From Octopus vulgaris (taxonomy: Eukaryota): a DNA stretch of 64,000 bases. The position numbers were made by a program, and so were the translations under genes. Each line of letters begins with the position of its first letter. The first letter of the stretch is position 1. The stretch spans positions 2,976,001 through 3,040,000 of the forward strand of contig OX597831.1 in NCBI GenBank assembly GCA_951406725.2, written 5' to 3'. Below the pieces are notes generated by a model. That model searched no databases, had not been told where the DNA came from, and saw nothing but the letters and a program-made list of their open reading frames with translations. This document shows positions 41,034 through 55,620 of this stretch, piece by piece.

Positions 41034-41477
41034 TTATGGTAAATGAAAGATGGAAGGTACAAAACTTTTTAGTCATCCCAAAAATATTTTGTGCTTGTTT
41101 CTTTTTTGCCTCCATTATTTTATTTTTGATCTTCCATATAATTGAAGATGTATCATTTGCTGCTTTTCTTTCTACGAAATGAGAAGGTACATTATGGAAG
41201 TGTTATTTCGACAAAAATTATGTCTATTTATCACCTGACGAAACACATCAGCACCGTCAGATGCTCCTGAACCAGTTGTTAAGTATCCCACCAATGAGGG
41301 ATTGATGCTTGATGTAACGAAACAATTGTTGTGATTGATAAAAATTCTTCTATCTGCCATCTTTTGTCCTTCATTTACCATATACATAATGAACATTGTG
41401 AAAGTGACCCTGCTTTACCAGTAAGCTACCAGGTATAAGCCATTCATTTTATTATCTTAACTATATATATATATATA

Positions 41478-42255
41478 CTCTTTACTCTTTTACTCTTTTA
41501 CTTGTTTCAGTCATTTGACTGCGGCCATGCTGGAGCACCGCCTTTAATCGAGCAACTCGAACCCGGGACTTATTCTTTTGTAAGCCCAGTACTTATTCTA
41601 TCGGTCTCTTTTGCCGAACCGCTAAGTAACGGGGACATAAACACACCAGCATCGGTTGTCAAGCAATGCTAGGGGGACAAACACATACACACAAACACAC
41701 ACACGCACATATATACATATACATATATACGACGGACTTCTTTCAGTTTCCGTCTACCAAATCCACTCACAAGGCTTTGGTCGGCCCGAGGCTATAGTAG
41801 AAGACACTTGCCCAAGGTGCCACGCAGTGGGAATGAACTCGGAACCATGTGGTTGGTAGACAAGCTACTTACCACACAGCCACTCCTGCACCTATATATA
41901 TATGTAAAAAGCACATAAAAAGTACCCACTACACTCGCAGAGTGGTTGGCGTTAGGAAGGGCATCCAGCTGTAGAAACACTGCCAAATCAGACTGGAGCC
42001 TGGTGCAGCCCCTGGCTTTCCAGACCCCGGTCGAACCATCCAACCCGTGCTAGCGCGGAAAATGCCCGTTAAACGATGATAATGATGATGTATATGACAG
42101 GCTCCTTTCATTTTCTGTCCACCAAATCAATTCACAAGTCTTTGGTCAGCCTGAGGCTATAGTAGAAGACACTTGCCAAAGGATATGTACAGTAGGACTG
42201 AATCCACAACCATGTGATTGGGAAGCTGGTTTCTTACCACAGCCTCACCTGTGCC
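41478..42255. mobile_element. Family B (-, 41478-41892), family C (+, 41905-42090), family B fragment (-)
   Basis: Matches to families B and C. Confidence 0.88.
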
Positions 42256-42265
42256 TATGTATATA

Positions 42266-43479
42266 CAGGGTGCATAATGTATTTGAGGACATAACTTTTT
42301 GGGTCATTGCTGCATTTTTTGCTCACTCTGTATAATCTTTGTTTCAGAAAATAATAATCACAGACCTTCAGCTTACTCAAGAAATGACGATGCATGCTGT
42401 TATTGTGGTTATAAAGGCTGAGCATAGTGATTTAGAAATATCTCAATTTTTAAAATTTGCCAGATATTTTATCTACAAAGTTTGTAAGAAGCTAGAGACT
42501 GAAGATGGAAATGTATCACAAGTATCAAAGCATAAAAAGTATTCTAAATGCTCTGAAATCATCAGAACACCTGAATTTATCCAGCAAGTTCAACAGACCA
42601 TTGATTACAATCCCAGAAAGTCCATGAGGTCAATTGCAAAAGATCTCCATTTGTCAGAAGGAACAATCAGAAATGTTCTCCACAAAGACATCAAATATAA
42701 GTCTTGTATGATGAGGAAAGTTCAATTTGTCAGAAAAAGCAAAAGAAAATCATTACATCAGATTTAAAAGGCCCTTAAACAAACTGAAAAATCCACTTGA
42801 AGAAAATTTAATTTGGCTTTTCTCAAGCAAGAAAGAATTTGACTAAGATCAAAAAGTTAACAGAAGAAATGACAGATGGTTATGTGCAGACTCTTTTGAA
42901 GTTCCATACAAAATTTCCTGCAACTGTAATGGTTTTAGGGGTTGTCAGCTATGAAGGACATGTGATGCCTCCATACTTCTTTCCACAAGGCCTTAGAGTT
43001 AACTCTGCCACCTACATTAAAGTCCTGGAAATAATTGTTAAGCTTTAGATAAACAGTGTATGCAATGGAAGGACATATGTATGTCAGTAAGACTCTGCAC
43101 TATCACACATGGCTCTAGTAACACAAGTATTGATGGCTGAAAATTTTCATGATCACATAACCCCTAACATTTGGCCTCCTAATTCCCCAGATCTGAATCC
43201 ATTGGACTATACCCATTAACACCAAAGATTCTTTGAAAGCTGCCATAGTCAGAGTAATGTCCAAAATGAATCAGGACCACTTGATTCAAGCACAAGAGAA
43301 GATTTAGATCTCGTATAGAAGCATTTGTTGAAGCTGAAGGTGGCTTTATTGAATAACATTCTAGAAAAGAAGGTTTATTTTTATCCTCATAGCATTTTTT
43401 GATAAATAAAGTTATTATCTGTTATATATCTGGGTTTTTTATAAACATAAACCTGTCCTCAATTATCTTACCCACCCAG
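42266..43479 (+). mobile_element. maT/DD37D Tc1/mariner element with defective transposase
   Basis: TA|CAGGGTGCATAA..TTTGAGGACA and TGTCCTCAATTATCTTACCCACCCAG|TA termini; HTH region (SMRSIAKDLHLSEGTIRNVL); DSALSH..WPPNSPDLNPLDY with 37 residues between the two Asp; internal stops and deletion. Confidence 0.92.
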
Positions 43480-43490
43480 TAAATGTATAC

Positions 43491-43525
<35 letters not shown>

Positions 43526-43607
43526 AAATTTACAGAAAAACAAAAGACAAAGACAGGATCTATATATATATATACACACACATACACACATATATGTATG
43601 TATGGAT

Positions 43608-43662
<55 letters not shown>

Positions 43663-44264
43663 TACATATACACATACACACATACACACACACGCGGACG
43701 CACATAAATATATATATATATATATATACACACTCACACATACACATATATATATACATATAAAGCATGTGCTTGTATGCATATACTTTTGTACATGTAT
43801 GTATGCATATGTATGTATATGTACAGTTACAAATATTTGTGTATGTATATATGTATACACATATATGCATGCTTATGTATGCATATATATGCGTATATTG
43901 GGTATTGTATTTACATGTTTTGTGAGGTATGTGTGTATGTGAGTATGAGTATGTGAGTATGAGTATGTGAGTATGAGTACATGTGTCTATATATGTGTGT
44001 ATGTGTTTACTCTGTAAATTGGTCTGTTTTGTTTTTGCCTATCGAAGTAAAATAATATTTAAATACCGCTTTAACGTGGACACATATACACAGACATGCA
44101 TTCATACATTTGATACTTATACACACACACAAACACAAGCACAAACATACATGCAAACACTCATACACACACACACACATACACGTAATAAAACACGAAT
44201 AAACTAGCATAAGTCACCATTTTGGACCATTAATATATGAGAGGGACAGGCAGAGGAATAAATA

Positions 44265-44303
<39 letters not shown>

Positions 44304-44426
44304 TAAATAGATAGATAGAGAGAAAGAGAGAGAGAGAGAGAGAAAGAGAGATATATAGATGGATAGATAGACAGATAGATAGAAAGAGAGAAAGAGAAAG
44401 AGAGATAGATAGATAGATAGATAGAT

Positions 44427-44466
<40 letters not shown>

Positions 44467-44903
44467 AGAGAGAGAGAGAGAGATAATGACAGAGAGTCAG
44501 ATAGGGAAAGAGAGTAAGAAAGAGATAAAGACATAGCAAGAGAGAGATAGAGAGAGAGAGAGGGAGAGAGAATGGGGGGGGAAGAAAAAAGAGTGCAAGA
44601 GAGTAAGAGAAAGTAAGAAAATGAAAGAAAGAAAGGAAGGTCGAAAGAGAGAATGATATAGAGAGAATGAGTGAGAGTGAGAGAGACAGAAAACGCAAGA
44701 GAGAGAAAGAGAGAGAGATACAGTAATAAAGAGAGAGGGACAGTAATAAAGAGAGAGAGAGAGACAGTAATGAAGAGAGAGAGAGACAGTAATAAAGAGA
44801 GAGAGAGTGTGAAAGGGAAAGAAAAATCGACTGGCAGAAAAGAGAGCAAGAAAGAAAGGAAGAAAGGAACAAAGACTAGAAAAGAAAAAATGAGAAAGAG
44901 GGC

Positions 44904-44985
<82 letters not shown>
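44265..44985. repeat. (GA)n/(GATA)n polypurine tract
   Basis: Directly visible. Confidence 0.95.
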
Positions 44986-44989
<4 letters not shown>

Positions 44990-45559
44990 TGGAGAGTTAA
45001 TAGCACGGCTCACGAATACCTTCGTTATTCGAAGGAATTTGGAGATTTGGAGGAATTGATTTCCCTCTTAGATGAATATTGGTTCCAAATCAAACTCTAT
45101 CTTTAATTGATTTAATTGTGGAAACGCCGATGCCAAAATGGAAGCCTTCTCACTGCCAGTTCCAGTGAAATCAATACTTTTTGAAAAAGTAAAAACTGAT
45201 CGCTTTTTCTCCTACTGTTGTTGCTGTTATTGTAGTTGTTATTGTTATTGTTGCTTTTGGTGGTGGTGGTGGTGATGCAATAACTTTCCACATATAATCT
45301 CTCATTCTCTGTCTCTGTCTCTCTCTCCCTCTCCCTTTTTCGCTCTATGTGGAGCCAGCCATTAATAATAAGACTTTAAACTAGGCAAAAGTCAACCGTT
45401 TAATCAGTTACCAATTCATGAAATAACGATACAACTTATTAGTTATTCCACTTAATTCAGCATAGTTCTTTATAATTATCACCTACTTTATGCATATGCA
45501 CACATACCCTCACCCACCGACACCCACACCACCTCACAAAACATATATATCTATCTATA

Positions 45560-45610
<51 letters not shown>

Positions 45611-45686
45611 TTACATACAAATATAGATATAAGTATACAATAAATATATATATATATATACACATATAAGTATATATGTATGTATG

Positions 45687-45729
<43 letters not shown>

Positions 45730-45941
45730 GTTGTATACTTATATACATATATGCATATATTTACATATATATGCATGCATATATATAAGAATATATATGT
45801 ATATGTGTGTGTTTGTTTGTTTGTGTATGCATATGCACACACACACATACTCTATATATGTGTGTATTCACACATATAAATGCTTGTAAATAAATATGAA
45901 GGTGTGTAGTGTGCATATATTTATATATGTATCCCCACCGC

Positions 45942-45973
<32 letters not shown>

Positions 45974-45974
45974 G

Positions 45975-46014
<40 letters not shown>

Positions 46015-46478
46015 CACACATATATGTATGTCTGTATACAAATATATATGTATACAGGCATACATACATATACACACACCATCATAGACATACGCACATA
46101 CACACATGGATACACAAACTTATGTGCATATATATACATAGACAGATGCACATACTCATAGGTGTTTCTATGCATACTTATGTATAGCAAGACCTATAAA
46201 CTCACCTAGTTTTACATATTCGTATACATCAATCAAACCACACCTGTATTCATGTGCACGTGATCTTGCACATAGAAAACATATATACATGCATATTATC
46301 GTTTATCATGTCAATACATTTTGCATTATAAACACACCGTTTTAAACGTAAAACATATATACACATGATGCTTGTGTGTGTACAAGGGTTTATGTATGTG
46401 ACAGTCTCTCTGTCTCCCTCTCAACATAAGTTTATATATATATATATACACACATACATACACACATATTTACATATG

Positions 46479-46750
46479 TGTGGAGGCACATGGCCTAGTG
46501 GTTAGAGCAGCGGACTCGCTGTCGAGGGATCATGGGTTTGAATCTCTGACCGGGCGATGTGTGTGTTTATGAGCGAAACACCCAAGTTCTACGCGGCTCT
46601 GGCAGAAGGTAATGGTGAACTTCTGCTGAATCTTTCGGCACAACTTTCTCTCACTCTTTCCTCCTGCATCTTGCAGCTCGCCTGTGATGGACCGGCGTCC
46701 TGTTCAGGTAGGGAACCTATACGCCAAGGAAACCGGGAAACCGGCCCTTA
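46479..46750 (+). mobile_element. D-headed SINE with E-type 3' domain
   Basis: Related to 8973-9298. Confidence 0.8.
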
Positions 46751-47965
46751 TGCTTATAAAAAAAACAGATATATAATAACACATAATAACTTTACTTATC
46801 AAAAATTGCTATGAGGATAAGAATAAACCTTTTCTATAATGTTATTCAATAAAGCCACCTTCAGCTTCAACAAATGCTTCTATACGAGATCTAAATCTTC
46901 TCTTGTGCTTGAATCAAGTGGTCCTGGTTCATTTTGGACATTACTCTGACTATGGCAGCTTTCAAAGAATCTTTGGTGTTAATGGGCATAGTCCAATGGA
47001 TTGAGATCTGGGGAATTAGGAGGCCAAATGTTAGGGGTTATGTGATCATGAAAATTTTCAGCCATCAATACTTGTGTTACTAGAGCCATGTGTGATAGAG
47101 CAGAGTCTTACTGACACACATATGGCCTTCCATGGCATACACTGTTTATCTAAGGCTTAACAATTATTTCCAGAATATCAATGTAGGTGGCAGAGTTAAC
47201 TCTAAGGCCTTGTGGAAAGAAGTATGGAGGCATCACATGTCCTAACAACCCCTAAAACCATGACAGTTGCAGGAAATTTTGTATGCATAACACTTGGAAC
47301 TTCAAAAGAGTCTGCACATAACCATCTGTCATTTCTTCTGTTAACTTTTGATCTTGGTCAAAGTTTTTCTTGCTTGAGAAAAACCAAATTTAATCTTCTG
47401 ATGGATTTTTCAGCTTGTTTAAGAGCCTTTTAAATCTGATGTAGTGATTTTCTTTTACTTTTTCTGACAAATTCACCTTTCCTCATCATACAAGACTTAT
47501 ATCTGATGTCTTTGTGGAGAACATTTCTGACTGTTCCTTCTGACAAATGGAGATCTTTTGCAATTGACCTCATGGACTCTCTGGGATTGTAATTAATGGT
47601 CTGTAGAACTTGATGGATAAATTCAAGTGTTCTGACGGTTTCAGAGTGTCTACAATGCTTTTTATGCTCTGATTCTGGTGATACATTTTCATCTTTAGTC
47701 TGTAGCTCATGCACCAAGCATCACACACACTCTTGCTCAATACCGCCCACTGACGACAACCACCTTAGCCATCCATGCACGAATCGAGATATTTCTAAAT
47801 CACTATGCACAGCCTTTATAACCACAATAACAGCATGCCTCTTCATTTCTTGAGTAAGCTGAGGGTCTGCCATTATTATTTTCTGAAACAAAGATTATAC
47901 AGAGTGAGCAAAAGATGCAGCAATGACCCAAAAAAGTTATGTCCTCAAATACCTTATGCACCCTG
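46748..47965 (-). mobile_element. maT/DD37D element, second copy (inverted, lacks 3' TIR)
   Basis: Collinear reverse complement of 42266-43445; ends TTATGCACCCTG|TA. Confidence 0.92.
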
Positions 47966-47986
47966 TATATATAGATACACACTGAA

Positions 47987-48220
47987 GGCGGCAAGCTGGC
48001 AGAAACGCTAGCGCGCCGGGCGAAATGCGTAGCCGTATTTCGTTCACTGTTATGTTCTGAGTTCAAATTCTGCCGAGGTCGACTTTGCCTTTCATCCTTT
48101 CGGGGTCGATAAATAAAGTACCAGTTACACACTGGGGTCGATGTAATCGACTTAATCCCTTTGTCTGTCCTTGTTTGTCCGGTCCTCTCTATGTTTAGCC
48201 CTTTGTGGGCAGTAAAGAAA
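47987..48220 (+). mobile_element. Family A SINE
   Basis: Match to family A. Confidence 0.9.
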
Positions 48221-48907
48221 TATATCTAGATACACACACACACACATATATACACACAACAAAAACTCATAGACACATGTGACATAATAACCCAACTGCT
48301 TGTAACACTCTACTATAACAATTTGGCCTTAATTAGTGTTTTTTATTTAGATGCATATGTTCAATAGATCTAGTAGGCGATTACTGAACCTTTGTTGCAT
48401 TTTACTATTGTTTATGCGGTGCATAAGCTGCTCTAAATTAGCAGAGTTAGCGTAGGTTACCTTTACGGTGTGCCAATAGAAATAGCATGATATCAATCAG
48501 ATTTAGGAAAACATTTGTCCAAAGTGCCAAAAAATTTTCCAGCGATCATGGCTGAAACATACGAACTGAAAATCGGGCTGAACCAGAGGACACCCTGATT
48601 CCTATATCAGTTGTTGGGTTTATTTGACCAAGAGTGTTCTACAGGATTAGAACAATTTACAGTGCACTTAGCTTGACATATATGCATAATACACACACAC
48701 ACACAAACACATGCACTCACACACACACACACACACACATACACACACACACACACACAAACACACAAACACATGCACACACACAAATACATACACATGC
48801 ATGCACTCACGTGTGTGTGTACCATCATCATTATTTAGTGTGTGTCTTCCATGTGTACCCATGGGTGGGACAAACACAAACAGAAAACATACACGCATAC
48901 TTACATG

Positions 48908-48948
<41 letters not shown>

Positions 48949-49693
48949 TACAATAGATTTCCACATTGTTTCTATCTATTACTCACAAGGCATTGATTGG
49001 CCTGGGGCTATAGTAGAAGACAATTCTTGATGTTGTCACACCATGGGACAGAACCTGAAACTCATGGTCGCAAAGCGAGCCTCTTGACAACACAGCGATT
49101 CCTACACCTATTACTGACCAATTTCAATTCACAAGTATCTCCACTCCAAACACAAACATAGGATTCCACAACCACCACCACCAACACCACCCCCATCATC
49201 CCCACCACCACCACCCCCATCATCCCCACCACCACCACTGTTACCGCCACTATCATTGCCGCCACTGCCATCACCACTACCGCTGCCGCCGTCACCACCA
49301 CCACCACCACCACCACCACTGTTACCATTACAAGAGAATTCCATCATCATCACCATTCCATGTCTCTGTTGCAAATGGCACTTTTCTTTCAATCTCTCTT
49401 GTGATTATAATCGTGGTGTACAGATTTACCTAAAAATTTAGATAACAATACCCAAAGTTTTGATAACATTATCTGTGATCAAATTGATAAGCAGCTTTTT
49501 CAGCATGCTTGTGTGTGTGTGCATGTATGTACGTATGTAGTGTGCATGTATATATTTATATATTCAAGCCCATACATATACACACACTCACATGTAATTG
49601 CATATAAAAATAATTACATATAATTATGTTTTTGTATATATGTGTGTGTGCTTGAGTGTGTGTAAGTGTGTGTATAAATATAGATAGAAAGAC

Positions 49694-49768
<75 letters not shown>

Positions 49769-49858
49769 CAGATAGAAAGATAGATAGATAGATGATAGAT
49801 GGTAGATAGACAGAGAGATAAATAGATACACACACACACACACACACAAACACATATA

Positions 49859-49949
<91 letters not shown>

Positions 49950-51019
49950 ACATGCACATGCTACATATACTCAAGAAAGGGTAATTCTCAAGAATAACAA
50001 ACGAAGCCGAAACCAATAATAAATAAAAAAACAAAAATAACAAACACAGAATCCAAAAAAAAAAAAAAAAAAAAGAAACCAACAACAAAAACACACCATG
50101 TTTTCTTAGCGAACATTGATTGTCTGAAAAATATCTTACATTATTTTTGTTTCTTTCTTTGTTCCTTTCTTCCCCCCCTTCTCTCTCTCTTTCTCTTTCT
50201 CTCTCCCTTTCTCTCTTACTTCATTTAATATAGTTATTATTTTCGTTGTTGTTACGGCGTCTTTTATAATCCATCTTAAGCTAAGCATTTTGGTGAAACC
50301 CTTCAATTCTAAACCTCTTCATATTTCCTTCTGCAATTGTTTCATTTCACAATTGAGCAACGAAAAATAAAGAGGTTTATTTCAATACTTATATAATAGA
50401 TTAAGCAGACAACCTCTAAAATACTTAATCTTTGGAGACAGGAAATTATTGTTCCTTTAGAATTATCAGAAGCTGCAATTAAACATAGCAAAAAAAACAA
50501 AAAAGAAAAAAAGAAAGAAAGAAAGAAAACAGAAAAAAAATTGGATAGAAAACAAAAAGAAACAAATAAGATGGAATAACACAAGAAACAGAGTTAGCGT
50601 TTTCTGAGAAAGTGTCTGTTTAAATAGTGTTATGGTTTGGTGTAATAATCGTAAAAGAAGAGAACATGGAATGGTTAAAAAAAAACAAAGAAAAATATAT
50701 GAAATAAAATGGAAAAAGAAGTATACACACACACACATACACACATACAACAAAAAAAAAAATCATCACCTAAAAGATTGGTGGTTGGATATGAGGAACA
50801 ATAAGAAAATATTTAGAAAGTGGGAGGAGAGAAAACGAAATGAGAATGAAAACCGGAAAATAATGAAAATTGCAAAAGAGAAATTATATAATGGAAGATG
50901 AAAGCTGGAAATCAAGAATGAAAGAAAGAGGTGCTTAATAGGAATAAAGTAGCTGGGGAAAATGGTGTAAAGGAAAAATGTAGGAGATTTTGAATGAAGG
51001 AGAATGAAATAGGGTGAGA

Positions 51020-51980
<961 letters not shown>

Positions 51981-52682
51981 GTAGAGAGGGGGGACGAGGG
52001 GTTGGGTGGAATGATGAAGAAAGTGAAAAAAGGACAATGGTAAAATTGGTAAGTTGAGAAGATAAAGTAATGAAGAATTGTGGTTTTTCTTGGTTTTTCT
52101 TGGTTTTCCTTTGTTGAAACTTCAGGTAGATTGATGGATTGATGGAGAAAATGGCATGTGGTATGGTGGTATGGTGGTACGGTGGTATGGTGGAATGGTG
52201 ATATGGTTGACTGTTGGGTGGGTCATGGTTGGTGAATGAAGTAAGGGATAGGACTGTAAGTATGTGTATGCGTGTATATATATATATATATATATATATA
52301 CATTGGTGATGGTGGTGGTGGTGGGTGGGGGTGAACACACACTAGTTAACCAAAACAACAAATTTTCATTTGTATGTGTGGTGTGCATGTTTATATATAT
52401 AAACACATGTATATCTATATACATAAACACACAAACATGTATGCACACACACACACAACACACATATACATATAGATAGAAAGATAATAAATATACATAC
52501 ACACTAATTAGACAATGCAAACTTTCAAATGCATATGTGTGTGTGTGAGTGTGTATGTGTGTGTGTGTATGTGTGTGTGTGTATATATATATATGTGTGT
52601 GTGTGTGTGTATATATAATGTATTTATAAATACATATGTGCGTCTGCATATATGTGTATATATATCTGTATCTATCTATCTA

Positions 52683-52721
<39 letters not shown>

Positions 52722-53092
52722 TCATCATTGTTTCACATCCACTTTCCATGCTAGCATCACACGCACATATACAAACGCAAAACACACACACATGCATACA
52801 TAGCACAAAAGCTCACAATGCAATACATATTTCTGATGAAAACATGTAGAGTTAATGTATGTATATGGGTGTATGTGTGAGTGTGTGTGGTGTGAGTGTA
52901 AGTGCCAACACATGGAACTCTTGGGCCTTGAGTCACTCTGTTGCTTCTGCTGAATATTAATAAAAATATACACGTACTCATATTTTGAGTACTCTTTTAC
53001 ATGTTTGCACCAACATACCTACATCATCATCATTGTTTAATGTCTGCCTTCCATGTTGGCATGGATAATATATATATATATATATATATATA

Positions 53093-53292
53093 TGGAATTA
53101 TGGCAGTGTTCATTGAACAAATTAAATACACCACCTGGCAGATAACCGAAGAGATGTCGTGGACTCGGCATCTGAAACTCAGAGTTTTATCTTGACTATT
53201 GAGTAATGTAACATATTATTGTATAGATAAATTTCCTCTATTTACATAATATTGAAGTCTTTTTCTTTCTTTTCTTATCTTACCGTTTTACC
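53093..53292 (+). mobile_element. (TA)n-flanked cassette with type-I hammerhead-like fold (53140-53192)
   Basis: AGATAA-CCGAAGA-GATGTCG(TGGACT)CGGCATC-T-GAA-ACT(CAG)AGT-T-TTATCT: all three stems pair. Confidence 0.7.
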
Positions 53293-54059
53293 AATATATA
53301 TATATATATATCCATGCCATATACATATAATATTCAATATAATATGTCCTTTTTTCTTTAATTCTTTTTATATACTTGTACATTATATAATCCTTAAGTT
53401 TAATGTCAGTAGCCGTCCCATAGTTTATGAAAAAGATACGAAAATCCTTGTATAGAATTGTGCACTTCACAGTTCCAGTGACATGGTGCTTGGCTGTGGT
53501 GCGCATGCTCACATGTCCAAGATAGGAAGCTGTATGCTAGGGAGATAGAGCACTGTGCTTCACACAGTGCTACCCTGGTGTGCTGGGGAAAGGTTGTGTT
53601 TCTTTTTGACTTTACATGTGTTGTGGTTTAAAACTTGTTTATATTCTTGAATGTGATTAAAATGTAGAATTAGATCATTATCCTACTTCCAGCAACAGTG
53701 TTGCTGCCAGGATCTGAAAAATAGGGCAGATTTTCCCCACTTATTTGGTGATTTTAGCAGGGGATTTTTGAAAAACAGAGGGGAATTCATGGCGGTGTTC
53801 ATTGAACAAATTAAACACACCATCTGGCAGTGGCTAAAATGCGAACAGAACAAGTTTATGTATAAATTTTCTTTTTATATGTTTGTTTCCGTTTACACAA
53901 TATTAAAACAACAGCTAAAAATTTTCTGAAACAGTACTACTATTAATTTTATCTACGAGCCACCACTGCTCTCGATCCACACTATCAGGGTGACACAGTT
54001 ATAATAATCATGTAGAATGAGGTCATTGATCTTGCTGGGAATATTGTGTCTTTGAAGAA

Positions 54060-54570
54060 GGCAGCAAGCTGGCAGAATCATTAGCATGCCAGGCAAAATG
54101 CTAGGCAGCATTTTGTCCATTTTTACATTCTGAGTTCATATTCTGCCATGGTTGGCTTCAGGGTAGGGGATAAGTCAATCACATTGACCTCAGTGCTCAA
54201 CTTGTACTTATTCTATTGACCCTGAATGGATGAAAGGCAAAGTCAATCTTGGTGAAATTTGAACTCAGAGCATAAAGACAAACGAAATGCCACTAAGCAT
54301 TTTGCCTGGCATGCTAACAGTTCTGCCAGCTTGCTAACCTTCCTCAGACAGAAAATAATATTTGTTTGAATTTTTGGTACAAGGTCAGCAATTCCAGGGA
54401 AGCAGTTAAGTTGATTATATCAACCCCCAATCTTCAACTGATACTTGTTTCATCGACCCTTAAAAAAAATGAAAGGCAACATCAAACTCAGTGAAATTTG
54501 AGCTCAGAAAATAAAGAAGGATGAAATTCCACTTGACATTTTCCCTGGCACGCTAATGATTCTGCTAATG
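54060..54570. mobile_element. Cluster of diverged family A/A' SINEs (+,-,-)
   Basis: Matches to A head/core. Confidence 0.75.
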
Positions 54571-54762
54571 ATGGATACATTACCATATATCAAAACAGTA
54601 TTTAAAGACCTTGGACGTTAACAAGAAGAAATAAGTCAATGATTGTAAAAGCTTGATCTTCTAGTATTAGCAGCTACATTTTTCTCAAATCGCATCCTAC
54701 CACTTTAAATTAAGAAGGAAAACACAAGAAACGGTAGCCCTAGGTGTACATATATATATATA

Positions 54763-54973
54763 TTCGCCATGTTGAATCGCTAGCTTCTGGACGCATTTTT
54801 CTTCTCTCCTTGTTTCTTTCCGTGTTTCTTTTCTATGTATCTTTCTGTTGAAGAGCGTAGGCTCGAAACTTAAAAGACTTGTTTTATTTATATTCCTGAG
54901 CGCCATACTGATACAATTGTTTGTTTGTGCTCCACCTGCCTTCGTCTTTTGTTTATTTTCATAAAGCTTCCCG

Positions 54974-54975
<2 letters not shown>
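54763..54975 (+). mobile_element. (TA)n-flanked cassette with hammerhead-like motif (54840-54877)
   Basis: TCTTT-CTGTTGA-A-GAGC(GTAG)GCTC-GAAA-CT-TA-AAAGA; close homolog of 1985-2193. A minus-strand 3' fragment of the related subfamily follows at 55022-55113. Confidence 0.65.
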
Positions 54976-55024
<49 letters not shown>

Positions 55025-55153
55025 AGGTTAATCCAAACGGGAAAACAGAAAAAACAACAACACGTGGAACAATTACAGTATTATTATTATTAGGCGCTCA
55101 GGAAAATGGAAGAATACATATATATACATATATATATATACATATATACATAT

Positions 55154-55355
55154 ATACAGAATTAAGAGGAATGACCACTAAAGTGGACACCCTATATGCT
55201 AAATATAGACGTCAAATCGCATATAGGGTGTCCACTTTAGTGATCATTCCTCTTAATTTTGTATGTAACACAATTTTTAATCTTCGGATTTTATTAAATA
55301 TGGTAAGCCACTGGTTTTAATTGATTAACATCAATTTCTACCCTTATTATTTAAT
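55154..55355. mobile_element. (TA)n-flanked cassette beginning with a 46-bp fold-back
   Basis: Arms 55154-55199 and 55219-55264, two differences, 19-nt loop. Confidence 0.65.
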
Positions 55356-55432
55356 ATATATATATATATATATAAAGTGTGTACCCTTGTATACATACAC
55401 ACACACAGACACATGCATGGATACGTGTAGAC

Positions 55433-55620
55433 CAGGGGTTTCTAAACATTTTTGACCATCAACCCGTTCATGGAATCCTTGACCCCCCTCATCAACCCCC
55501 AGGCATGTGTAAGAAAATAAATAAACAATAATGATAACTAAGTAGATGTGCTTTTATCGACCCCTTGAATAATCCCATTGACCCCAGAGGTCGATATTGA
55601 CCACTTTGAAGACCCCCCTG
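55433..55620. mobile_element. hAT-type MITE
   Basis: CAGGGGTTTCTAAA / TTTGAAGACCCCCCTG termini; perfect 8-bp TSD GTGTAGAC. Confidence 0.88.

Noticed and set aside
41172-41396. 74-aa ORF in unique sequence
   Set aside because: No recognisable motif; length is within chance expectation.
42339-43048. Active transposase gene
   Set aside because: Frameshifts, in-frame stops and a deletion after the last catalytic Asp.
53549-53571. 9-bp hairpin AGCACTGTG/CACAGTGCT as a Helitron end or terminator
   Set aside because: No CTRR end at the expected distance and no second copy in the window.
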